A DNA stretch of 55,759 bases, the filler included, from Stramenopiles sp. TOSAG23-2 (taxonomy: Eukaryota), in assembly GCA_900128395.1 (NCBI GenBank). It is 5 parts of 5 records of this genome, joined end to end, with 100 filler letters (N's around TTAATTAATTAA, not from the genome) between each part and the next. Parts side by side here need not be neighbours in the genome. Positions count along the whole stretch, not along the records: positions 11,202 to 22,289 come from LT649966.1; 4 more parts are not named here. One strand, written 5' to 3'. Position 1 is the stretch's first letter. Each line of letters begins with the position of its first letter. The notes beneath the pieces were generated by a model. The model saw only the letters and a program-made list of their open reading frames with translations, ran no database searches and was not told the origin of the DNA. A program made the translations under genes and the position numbers. This document shows, piece by piece, positions 11,202 to 22,254 of this stretch.

Positions 11202-11641
11202 AATATTTTTTTTTACAAAAGCATTTTCTGACTTCTCAGCGATGCTGGGAAAAAATAGCATCGATATAGCACTAAGCGCTAGTTGCGCTGATTTGCGCTG
11301 ATTTGCGCTGATGCAGGATGCAGGTTGATAAGAAGAATATGATAGGAGTTATGATCATATTTATGTACAACAATATGTAGAGTGACATGAAAACAAGAAT
11401 GCCTATCACCTATCAATAAGCTTTTTTTATACCAACTATACTACAAGATGGATTTTGTCACATTTTGTCACTGTGGTATAGCGATGCTATACTTGTTTTG
11501 GCAATGCTATTCCATAGTAAATGAGACTATACATGCCAATAGCAAAGGCCATGCTATGTGCCTATTAATAAGGTAAATGAAGGTTAATTAATTAACTATC
11601 TAATCCTAATTCGTCTAGCATCTCAGAATCCTGATTATGGG

Positions 11642-11790
11642 CTCTCGAAACATCTCGGACTGTTCCCACTTTCTTATACTTGTTAGTATAAGAACAGCAC
11701 TACTATCAAATATAAAATTTGGTGAAGGCTGGTCACAGCCTAAGTTACACTTAACTTTCATAGGCGAAATGGCCCGAGATGTTTCGAGAG
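11642..11790. mobile_element. 149-bp MITE with perfect 17-bp TIRs and 9-bp TSD
   Basis: TIR CTCTCGAAACATCTCGG (11642-11658) / CCGAGATGTTTCGAGAG (11774-11790); direct repeat GATTATGGG at 11633-11641 and 11791-11799. Confidence 0.9.
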
Positions 11791-12343
11791 GATTATGGGT
11801 GTCCTGGCTGACCCAGCTGGGCCAGCTGACCAGCTGACCAGTTGTGCCCATGCGGAGTGCCCTGTGTGGTCGGAACTCCAGAACTCCTGGTATTCTCTAA
11901 TTGCAACCAGCCCCCACCTTGTCCACGTTCTTTTTGCAAATCGAACAGTACATGAACACCATTTTCTTTTTTTTCTTTGTGTAATAATTTTTTTCTTTGT
12001 CTAATAATATTTTTATCTTATTTCACTCTTTTTTTCGGTATTATCTATTGCACCAATATTCAATAGTGTATCGTTATAATTATTAAAACGGAATCAAAAA
12101 ACTAAATAGCATCACGTTAATAATACCTACTATCGAAACTAAACATGTAGTCAAATACAAACCAAACTTTGGAAAAGCATATTTTAATTGTAGATAACAA
12201 CAACAACAAAATCAAAGTTAACAACCAAGGGACGTCCGTCGTGTTAACAAGAATTATTAACTTAAAAAGCAGGAAAAAACGGAAGGTATATTTCATATTC
12301 ATATTTATTATATTTTAAATTTTTAGCGAATTATTATTAAAAG

Positions 12344-13068
12344 ATGCAAACTGAATATCCAAATTTTCCAAATGAAGCACCTAGGCGTACGCCAGAAGAA
12401 ATAGCGGAATTACTTGCACGACAAACACATCCAACATATAAGAAAAAACCGTCTGGGACAAGACCGTCGACTAAAAGAATGTTACCTTTTAACTGTGAAA
12501 GATGTCGTTTAGATAAGACAAAGTGTGATAAAACATGGCCAAAATGCAGACGATGCGTAAGAAAAGGATTTGACTGCGTTAGTGTGGCAACAAAACGTGG
12601 AAGGCCGACAAAAGCAGAAAGCCACAGAAATCGACTTATGTCAAATGTTTCAACTAAGAGAAAAGCAACGAAAATTCCTTTAAAAAAATATGTTACTAAT
12701 AAAAAAGTACGACGTGCGTATGGGCAACAGCAACGCACTTTGCAAAATCAAACTGCTTCAGAGTTAAATGGTGATTCAATGCAAGGTTTTCAAGCGATTG
12801 ATCTTTTGCATTCTGCTGCTTTATTAGCTGAAAGTGCAAGGCAAACTTCACGACGAGGGGAGTTACTTGCACAGCAGCGACAACGGGAACTGCAGCAACG
12901 ACAAACAGCTGCATTACTTGCACAACAACGAAGACAGCAAGAAATAATGGCACGTCAACAAGCTGCGGTAACATTAGCACAAACATCGCAGCAAAATGCA
13001 TTTCATGATAATCGCAATCATAGTCTTTTTAATGGATTACATAGTATCAGGGCTGCTGGGAATATTTT

Positions 13069-13111
<43 letters not shown>

Positions 13112-14467
13112 CAACAACGAAAAGATCCGAAAGAAAATGTAAAAGGAGTTGCACGTTCATTGCTTTTAAGTAACATGTGGGTCTATTTCCGCGATCAAGA
13201 TTACCACGGAATTGCAAACGGTTATAAAGCAGCAAAGCAATTAAATCTTGATTTCAATGATTTTGGTAAAAATATTCATGACATGTTGTCCAACATGAAT
13301 ATGAACGGTAACTACTCACTTGGGACACCAGTTTCAGTTGCACCTGATGATAAGATTAAATCGGAAATTATAAAATTGTCCAATATGATTGAAAGCTCTA
13401 TGTATCCATGTGTTTACTTTTGTAATTTATACGGACATTCGTTTCATTTAACGAATGGTAAAATGAAACGATACATACGAACGGAAAATGACCCGCAAAT
13501 ATCAATACCAGGGTATGGTGGGAATGGCACTGCAGGGAATAGCAATAGTAGCAGCAGCAGCAGCAGCACCACCACCACTGGCACTGCAGGAGCCAATACC
13601 ACCACCACCAACAACAACAACAACAATGCGGCGCAAGGAAAAGATCAACCATCACCATTTAAAAGGATGATTGATTCGATTTTTCATTGTGGTGAAAAAA
13701 AGAAAAATGAAATATCTGGAACATTTATGAGTAATGCATTGATAAAATCTAATGAAGTGGTCAAAAAGTATTTTGATGATGCGCCAGCAATTCCATCGTA
13801 CGAAACTACGTTTACATATGATAGTATACCTATTTTGGATTACCAAACGAAATCCCTGCTGCAAACAACCTTGCTAGTGAATCTATCAAGAACTGTTAAT
13901 GGTGAAATGTTTATTCATAAAGTACATTTTACAAATATCAAGAGACGTGTGATTGAAATGCCCGCTGGTTTTACTAGTGCAAACAGGATAGCGTATAACA
14001 GTGCACCTAATCTTCAGCCACTGATCTCAGCTATGGCTAGAAATATCCGTAACAGGACAACAACGTTGAACAAAAGCAACAACGTGAAGGCTGTGAGGGC
14101 AGTGAATATTCTTCATGAAGAGGCAAAATCCCCAACAGCAGCAAGTAATAATGTTATACAACAAGTCATACCAAGTGTACAGATGCCCGCTAACGCGAAC
14201 AGTGTTGCGAATGGGGGAGATATTAACAAACCGGCAGCGCCTGGTAGAAATATAAATGATGATGATCTTGTACCTTCAACGAGAATGGATTCTACAGATA
14301 TGTTAGATAATGCTAATTCATCATTGTCAACAAATAATGAAAGCAAAGAAACATCGGGAAAAGATGATGAAATAATAGGAAATGACGCGAAATTTGTTTA
14401 TAGGTTGAAAGAGCTGCAGAAAGAGAGTACTCATAGTACGCAGAAAACAGTCCATAATGTTTATTAA
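12344..14467 (+). CDS. Zn(II)2Cys6 binuclear-cluster transcription factor with polyQ tracts
   Basis: CERCRLDKTKCDKTWPKCRRCVRKGFDC (C-x2-C-x6-C-x6-C-x2-C-x6-C) followed by KRGRP; coiled-coil and polyQ region. Confidence 0.9.
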
Positions 14468-15351
14468 TATTAAATGTCAAGCATTTTATAAAAGAAAATA
14501 GATTAAAAATTAGGTGTACGAAAAAGAAAATTGAGAAATGCAATATTTTGTACACGGATGTGATGATGTTTCATTGCGTCATTAGCGTCACGTCATTGTT
14601 TAAAAAAATAATAATTTTTATTAATATATTTATAAAAAGTAAAAAGTAGGAATTAACACGAGTATGCGTAGCACTGCAATACTATTAGCCCGAGGTTAAT
14701 ATATAGAAATAGCATTGCTTAGACGTATGTGGCGACGTCGTTATTCAGTAAAACGTGCTAAAAACGTTGAAAAAACCAGCGAATAATAATTTAGTATACT
14801 AACACGCATCAAATACTAGCAACAGCTTTGCATTTTGCATTTTGCATTGCAGAGCCGGCTAGAGCTATCCACATCAGGCTGGCAGGCCCACACAGCAGGC
14901 TCTATTCCTGTGGTGTAGCTATTATATTGTAATTTTATCCCTGGCCAGCTGGCAGATATTTAATGGTTTTGTAGCACGTTAGTGAGATGGTGATGGACCT
15001 TTGTGTATACTGTACAGTACTGGTATACGCCTGCTACTGTGCCCATTATTATTATATAAGTAAATTGTACATAGTATATATATTAATACCATATAACCAA
15101 CAATTTGATTATATTTTATACAGATACACATCTCAATGAAGAAAATAACCTTTATATATATGTACATTGATTAATTCATTGATATAATTCTATATATTTC
15201 TCTTTTCGTTCCATTTTTTACAAATTTTTACCCTACGAAATAGAACATAATTATATACATATAGATAGATAGGTAGGTATAATAATATATATATAAATAT
15301 TTTTTCGTATTCATTCATCATTTTTTGACTATAATAATACCTAAAAAAAAA

Positions 15352-16008
15352 ATGACTTCGTTAACAAGTGAAAGTCCAACGTCATCGTTGATACAAAATG
15401 CAAGTTTTACTTGTCCATCAGGAAACAATTGTACATCACCATGTTATAAATGTACAAATAGTGGTGAGCAAAACTCTACTGAAAAACCATGTGCATATGC
15501 ACAAGATAATAATGATAATAAAATGTATAATAATAATAATAATAATAATAATAACAGACAAGATAGTAATAATAATAATCGTTGTAACGATATGACCTGT
15601 CCAAATAATAATAATAATAATAATTTTGATGTCGATGTAGAGGAGGTGCATTTCGTACATGAAGTCGTTGTCACCAGGCGTAAACGTTCTCTTTCTATCG
15701 ACAAAGTGAAAGAAGCTGTATTTAAACAACCAACAAATTGGAAAACAAATGAAATAAATATGGAAGAAATAAAACGACATAATACGTTAGAAGATTGTTG
15801 GATAATATCAAAAAATAAAGTATATAACGCCACTCCATTTATTAAGATTCACCCAGGTGGATTTAAATCGATATTGAAGCGTGCTGGTGGTGTAAAAGAT
15901 TGTTCAGTTGATTTTGATTTTCATTCAAGTAATGGTCGCAAAGTATGGAAAAAATACCAAATAGGTATTGTAGAAGGTACAAATAAGAGCACATGTCAAA
16001 TTATGTAA
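15352..16008 (+). CDS. Cytochrome b5-like heme-binding domain protein with C-terminal CaaX
   Basis: EEIKRHNTLEDCWII..NKVYNATPFIKIHPGG...DFDFHS; ends in CQIM; ATG at 15352. Confidence 0.9.
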   Translation: MTSLTSESPTSSLIQNASFTCPSGNNCTSPCYKCTNSGEQNSTEKPCAYAQDNNDNKMYNNNNNNNNNRQDSNNNNRCNDMTCPNNNNNNNFDVDVEEVHFVHEVVVTRRKRSLSIDKVKEAVFKQPTNWKTNEINMEEIKRHNTLEDCWIISKNKVYNATPFIKIHPGGFKSILKRAGGVKDCSVDFDFHSSNGRKVWKKYQIGIVEGTNKSTCQIM

Positions 16009-16589
16009 ATATATTTTTTTATAAATATATCAGTAAAATATATTGCAAGTTAAATAAAATCAAAGAGATATAAAAAAAAGAAGAAAATCAACCCCCCCCC
16101 CCCCCCNNNNNNNNNNNNNNNNNNNNNTAATATAAAAAGTAAAATATATATTATATTAACAAGTTAAATAAAATCAAAGATATAAAAAAAAAGAAGAAAA
16201 TCAAACCCCCCAATTTTTGTGAAAAATGTTTGGAACCGAAAGACACACACCATGCCGATGAGAGAGAGAAATTGGAAATGGTGGAGAGCCCATAGTATGC
16301 AGAGAGTTGTAATATTCTTTTATATATGCAATACGAAGCGTGTATAATATGATATGAATAATAATGTGGGTCTTTGTTCTGAATAAAATTTAAAAAAAAA
16401 TATTTTTTTAAATAAAACTTCTCCCTCTTCTCCCTGTTTCGTACACTTCTCGTTTCTCGTATAATATCTTCGTACATACACCCCAAATAAAATATATTTT
16501 ATACGAGTAATATTACGTGTACCATATATTACAGTGTTATGAATCACAAAAATATATGATATTCGTATTATTTAATATCTTCACTCTTT

Positions 16590-16766
16590 CATATTATTCT
16601 TGCGATTAAGTATTGAGCATATATAAATGATGGTTAAAATCTAAGTTATAATAATTTTACACTCTTCTCGTGTTAAGTAATATGCTCAATACTCAATCGC
16701 AAGAATAATATGTTATCCTACTATAGTAAAGCTCTAATGCACCTCTGCAAACTAATACTCTACAAG
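16590..16766. mobile_element. Truncated copy of the MITE family seen at 17991-18270, plus an inverted TIR fragment
   Basis: 16632 onward matches the left arm of 17991-18150. 16590-16622 and 16680-16712 form a 33-bp inverted repeat with one mismatch. Confidence 0.75.
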
Positions 16767-16780
16767 CACAAGTAGGTTTC

Positions 16781-17004
16781 TATCCTTCCGTGCGCAATCG
16801 TTGAACGCGCTGGACGTCGGGTTCACTCGATAGCGGTGAGGCTGTCAAAGTGAAAGATCCTGTTGTGAACAACAATCGGTAACTAGCCGGATAAAGATCT
16901 TGAAGTGCACGGTTGTGGCAAAAAGCCGCGGTTTTGATCACTTTAGCTTGTAGATTTCTACAAGTTTCATTGACCCATTGTGCTTTAAGCCAATTTAATT
17001 TTTG
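16781..17004 (+). ncRNA. Candidate structured non-coding RNA of unknown family
   Basis: About 47% GC island; contiguous nested helices with many G-U pairs on the + strand; 3' AATTTTTG. No known family recognised. Confidence 0.5.
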
Positions 17005-17113
17005 TTTCGTGACATATATACATATGTAATATACTTTATTCATCATAACATTAAAACGGAAATACATCCCGCACATAATCTACACACTACCTACACAAAG
17101 TCATATCGTCATT

Positions 17114-17605
17114 TCACACGAAATAACAATTCTTCCTCTTCATCTCATTTGCATTAACATTAAATGGACTATAACCAGATTTACGTATATCATCCAATGA
17201 ACCAAATAATGGTGATGGAAAATCATCATTCTTCTCCCATTGTATCCAATGCCATCCTTCGCATTTATTTGGTTCCATATTCCTCGGTTCAACATCATTT
17301 GGACAATATCCTTCTAAAAATGGCACAATGTAATGATATTTCGTATCATGACGATAACAATTAATAAAAGATGTTACTTTAACGTTTGTTATCGTAATTC
17401 CAACTTCCTCTTTGACTTCTCGTATTGCAGTTTCTTCCAATGTTTCACAATTTTCAACATGTCCACCTGGTAATGCCCATGTACCTTTACCTGTTTTATT
17501 CAATCGTTTACCTAGTAATATACATCCAGGATATTTTGTTGATTTAATAAATACACCAACACCAACTTTTGGTCGTGGTGGTGCTATATTATTATTACCT
17601 TCCAT
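17114..17605 (-). CDS. Nudix hydrolase, NUDT15/MTH2-like
   Basis: RPKVGVGV, Nudix box GGHVENCETLEETAIREVKEEVG, HYI, PRNMEPNKCEGWHW. Confidence 0.93.
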   Translation of the reverse strand: MEGNNNIAPPRPKVGVGVFIKSTKYPGCILLGKRLNKTGKGTWALPGGHVENCETLEETAIREVKEEVGITITNVKVTSFINCYRHDTKYHYIVPFLEGYCPNDVEPRNMEPNKCEGWHWIQWEKNDDFPSPLFGSLDDIRKSGYSPFNVNANEMKRKNCYFV

Positions 17606-17990
17606 GCTAAGTAATGCTCAATACTCAATTGCAAGAATATAATATTCTATAATAATAATTATAAATTGTTGTAATTTATTATTTCAAATGCATGCACTAC
17701 AAAAATAATAATGAAACCGGAGAATAAAAAAAATATATATTGTGTATGCCACAGATAAATTACTTCTCCTTAACCTTCCTTTATTGCATTGCCTGCCACG
17801 ATCGTTGTATAGTTATTTTGCTTTTAAAGAAATATATAAAAAATATAAATGGGTTACCTTGGCCATTATTGTGATGGTATATATATTTGTGTGTTAGTTT
17901 GTTTTTATTACTTTTAAAATCCATTACAAATTTAAATTACATGAAATAAAGACACTTTCTATTATAATATTATAGGTATGCATATCATAT

Positions 17991-18270
17991 GGTTAAAATC
18001 TAAGTTATATAATAATTTTACTTCTCATGTTAAGTAAGATGCTCAATACTCAATCGCAAGAATAATATATGCTATCCTACTATATAATAAAGCTCTCGTC
18101 ATGCGTCGCCGCAAGCCCTCATGCGCCAGTCGCAAGCTAATACTCTATAAGACACTTTCTTATAGATTGTTGAGAGGATTAACATTATTATTCCTGAGAT
18201 TATGTATTGAGCGTTAGTATTTAACACACGGGAAGTAAAATTATTTTATAACACTCTTAGATTTTAAACC
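17991..18270. mobile_element. 280-bp Mutator-like MITE with long (~90-100 bp) imperfect TIRs and a near-perfect 9-bp TSD
   Basis: Begins GGTTAAAATCTAAG and ends CTTAGATTTTAAACC; the arms align over ~95 bp; flanks are ATATCATAT (17982-17990) and ATGTCATAT (18271-18279). Confidence 0.8.
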
Positions 18271-18304
18271 ATGTCATATTTTTATTGAAGTATATACGAT
18301 GATA

Positions 18305-19192
18305 TCAAATCTCTTCTAATGTATTGATATATGTATATCGACTTAATATTACAAAAAAACGTCTCCACCAATATGGTATTAATACAAATTGACTTTCATG
18401 TAATGTCATTGCAATCCACGTATCAATTGGATTAGTAGTTAGATAATAATTTAAATGATTATTATCAATGAATGTTTGTACCAATGTAACTGGAATATCA
18501 AACATCCCAGTGAATTTACGTATGATATTATGTGAAATTAATTTATATCCATTTACAACTTTGTTTTTTTGATTCAATTGTTGTTGTAAATAATATTTCA
18601 CACCATGGTATGTACTAATATGATTTGGATGCCCAGAGATACCATAATGATCAAATGTAATAATTAAATTTAATTGATTGGATAAAATAGTTTGATCCAT
18701 TTCAATTATTTTATTTGATATCAATTCTTCATGCCAAATTTCATTAAAACCATCTTGTAAATTTGGATCATCTATAATATTTACATATTTTGAATCAATA
18801 CCAAGATGTTTACAACTTTCAATTAATTCTTTTTCACGTACTTTACCTAAACCATCTGCATTACCGGATGATAAACATAACACGGATAATATCGTATTCT
18901 TGTTTTCTTTTATATTTTGTAATGTTGGTATGAAAAACATAGCTTCATCATCTGGATGTGCTATAACAAGTAATACAATATGTTTATTATTATCATCAGG
19001 TGATGGACACGATTTATTTGTTTGATCTTTTGGATTCGTACCATTTAATATAGTTGCTATTAACGTCTTTTCTTTATTTGACGATGATGATGATTTCATT
19101 TTATATACTATAAATAATATTTGTATTATGAAATGCAATATATATAAATACATCATATATATTAAGATGGGATATATCGTATTTAATTTCAT
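18305..19192 (-). CDS. PIGL: N-acetylglucosaminyl-phosphatidylinositol de-N-acetylase
   Basis: VIAHPDDEAMFF, LSSGNADGLGKVREKEL, TFDHYGISGHPNH, HESQ...F..LSRY; N-terminal TM. Start could alternatively be at 19099. Confidence 0.93.
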   Translation of the reverse strand: MKLNTIYPILIYMMYLYILHFIIQILFIVYKMKSSSSSNKEKTLIATILNGTNPKDQTNKSCPSPDDNNKHIVLLVIAHPDDEAMFFIPTLQNIKENKNTILSVLCLSSGNADGLGKVREKELIESCKHLGIDSKYVNIIDDPNLQDGFNEIWHEELISNKIIEMDQTILSNQLNLIITFDHYGISGHPNHISTYHGVKYYLQQQLNQKNKVVNGYKLISHNIIRKFTGMFDIPVTLVQTFIDNNHLNYYLTTNPIDTWIAMTLHESQFVLIPYWWRRFFVILSRYTYINTLEEI

Positions 19193-20098
19193 CTTTGAAA
19201 ATATATCTATCTATTTTAATCTATATATCAAAATCTGCGTAATAATTATAATTAAACAGAAAATAAACAAAGATTAAGATATATATCGCAACGTCCTATC
19301 TCGCGCTCTATACACCTTTATATAAAAATTGTAAAAATACATAAAATATCTCTCGTTTTGTCTTTTTCTTCACATATATCTATCATATATCTCCTTTTGG
19401 ATAAATGACAAACGGCAAATCTCAAAATTTAACAACACCATCTTCTCCCATAGTGAATAGTGTTATCCGGGTATAATAGTTTTCGATCAAAATATTTCCG
19501 CTTCATCCCTTTCCAAATATATCGATCGTTTAAGTGTTATAAATTATTATATACAATATATGTTTATGTTATTATGTTATGAAATACCAATATAGTTTGG
19601 AAAAATAATATTCAAAAAGCACAAAAAAATCAATTCAACAAAATTCCTTAACTAAGTCGAAAATATTCACATAAATATTGATACTATAATTCCAGTATAT
19701 TTCCTAATGTTTACCTGAGATAGATATTGGTACTGTATATATATATGCTATAATAAATAACATTAAAGTATATATATACTAAAAGGACAAAAAATGGAAA
19801 AATTGATCAAAATTAAAATTTATTTGATGAATTATTATATAAAAAGCATATTACATTCCAATTTCCGGTTGTCCTAAAACTGTTTACTAAGTTCCTAAGA
19901 TTTGACCTTATGTAAATAGTCGTATGATTATTATTTCACTTTCTTTATTATAATCTCTTTAATCGTAAAACTGTTTACTAAGTTCCTAAGATTTGACCTT
20001 ATGTAAATAGTCGTATGATTATTATTTCACTTTCTTTATTATAATCTCTTTAATCGCGAATAATACTATAACGAGATTATAATGTATTACCAATGTGT

Positions 20099-22254
20099 TG
20101 TTATAAAAGATAATATTACAATTCTGTTATTCTTTTTACTTTCTAACTCTTATACACTATATCTATATCTATATATATCTATCTCTACTCTCGTACATCT
20201 ATCTATATATATATATGTATATAATCATATACACCTCAAAATCGTTGTTTAGGCCTGAATACCATCTAGTAATCCACTACGACAAAACGTTATGTATCTA
20301 AAAGACACTTTGAAAACATTAATCATAATAATTACTGACGTAATTAACTCGCATCATCATTACCCATATTTTGCATGCCACTTGCACATTGCCAAAATAC
20401 GTTAGAGAATGGCTTCCAGAACATCACTGCTAAGCCTGTGTCTCCATAATGAGTATTCAAAAGACGATATAACTCTCATACCGCTATACCCAAAATAACT
20501 ACCCTGAACGAGAGGTCATGAGTGACTCTAAATAGAATCGGCCTCTAAGACATTATGCCCTAAATCCTATCCCTATTCATGATAATAAAGCCCAACTATT
20601 ACATTCCCCTCTTTCTTTAGATTTAAACTTCTGACTTGGATCTTCCAAAGTATATTGGACTGATCATAACATTATGCCCTAAATCCTATCCCTATTCATG
20701 ATAATAAAGCCCAACTATTACATTCCCCTCTTTCTTTAGATTTAAACTTCTGACTTGGATCTTCCAAAGTATATTGGACTGATCATAACTTTTGTATATT
20801 ACTTCGCATTGTACAATCGTGCAAACTGTACATGTTCTGATTCATTGATAATGGTGAAATCGAACCGACTAACAAGACAACGTAGTAGCTAATTACATCA
20901 TCTTAGTGTGGGGCTTTCACCCACTAAAACACCATTTCCAATAACATCGCATAGACCCGTCGATCTATATAACTTATGCATATATTGCCTTGGATATAAG
21001 GACTTCTTCTTTCTTTAATTCATAATAATTTCGATACTAGTAACGTATCTACATACATTCATCTCAAATGTACACCCTGTACCAGATATCTCTAAGTACA
21101 TTTCTACAGTAGTGTTATCCTCCTAATGATAGGACACCCTCAGACTGCTGATTTTCTAAACTTGGACATCAATAACTTTAACAATTCAACCTTTGTTCCT
21201 CTGTTATTGAACACCCATAACTTTGCCAATTCAAACTTAATCAATCAAACTAACGTATATTAAATTTTGGTACAATTTCTAGTGTCTAAATCAATTTTAT
21301 CTTAAAATCATTCACTAATAATGTTAATTCATATTTCTGTGATACCTAGTTCCGCATTTATTAGCATGGACATAGCATTAACTGGTACCTGGTTCGATAA
21401 AAATCAAACTTTCTCAAATCTTCAGTATATATAGCCAAAATTGATACTATATACCCATTCTTTCCTCACTTACGTATTACTAAACACGAAGTGTTTCTCA
21501 CTTCATCCTGTGCTAGAATGTTACGTACTACTAAACACGAAGTGTTTCTCACTTCATCCTGTGCTAGAATCTCAAATCTTCAGTATATATAGCCAAAAAT
21601 GATACTATATACCCCTTCTTTTCTCACATACGTATTACTAAACACGAAGTGTTTCTCACTTCATCCTGTGCTAGAATGTTACGTACTACTAAACACGAAG
21701 TGTTACTCACTTCATCCTGTGCTAGAATCTTTCTTTATTTCTCTTTAAACCTTTCCAACACTTCCTGTGTCAGGTTATTTTTCAATTTACTCTTCTAACA
21801 TATCTCCTGTTAGATTGTTCTTTGGATATCCCCAGTATGGCGATTCCTTAATATTCCCTTTCTTGGGTTTACATCTTCATCTTTCCTGTTGTACGCCTCA
21901 TCGGATAAAAACCTTTCTGTGTATGCATGTACATCATAACATGGTTTTCCTAAATCATCTGCCAATGCAATACTTGCAATTCGCATTAAACCATTTATCT
22001 TGGTCCTTTCCTTTTCTACCAATGGTTTAGAGATATTTAATTCCCCTCTTTCTTTAAGGATAGATGCTACATATGGCGTTCCTTTAGAACCACCAATTAC
22101 GCCTTTCACTGGCATTTTCACCGCATAAGCCTGTGTCTCTGTGATGAGTATTCAACAAAGGATATAACTCTCAACCGCTATACGAGAGGTCCTGAGTGAC
22201 TATAAATAGAATCGGCCTCTAAGACATTATGCCCTAAATCCTATCCCTATAACA
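20099..22254 (-). mobile_element. Degenerate non-autonomous LTR-retroelement-like relic
   Basis: Diverged direct repeats 20431-20603 and 22126-22254, both starting TGT(A/T)ATAG on the - strand. A polypurine tract AAAGAAAGAGGGGAA directly precedes the 20603 copy. No intact gag/pol ORF. Confidence 0.5.
21413..21728. repeat. Higher-order tandem repeat: 2 x 158 bp, each with two copies of a ~41-bp hairpin core
   Basis: Core ACTAAACACGAAGTGTTTCTCACTTCATCCTGTGCTAGAAT occurs four times; units start at 21413 and 21571 and differ by several substitutions. Confidence 0.95.

Noticed and set aside
16045-16212. Repeat flanking the internal N gap (16107-16127)
   Set aside because: The same ~50 bp on both sides of a gap next to a poly-C run indicates an unmerged contig overlap.
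16790-16990. Group II intron (GTGCG start) or group I/lariat-capping ribozyme reading of the structured island
   Set aside because: No domain V; no canonical P7 G-binding sequence; no interrupted host gene.
16780-17076. 98-aa ORF on the - strand, and a SECIS for the TGA-terminated Nudix gene
   Set aside because: The ORF has no recognisable motif. The ATGA...AAA hairpin lacks the correct helix length and GA quartet, and read-through would add only 8 residues.
20431-20580. Hammerhead ribozyme in the repeats (Penelope-like)
   Set aside because: The core CTGANGA plus GAAA arrangement was not found on either strand.
21413-21728. CRISPR-like look of four palindromic ~41-bp repeats
   Set aside because: The intervening sequences are themselves repeated and of unequal length; no cas genes; eukaryotic context.
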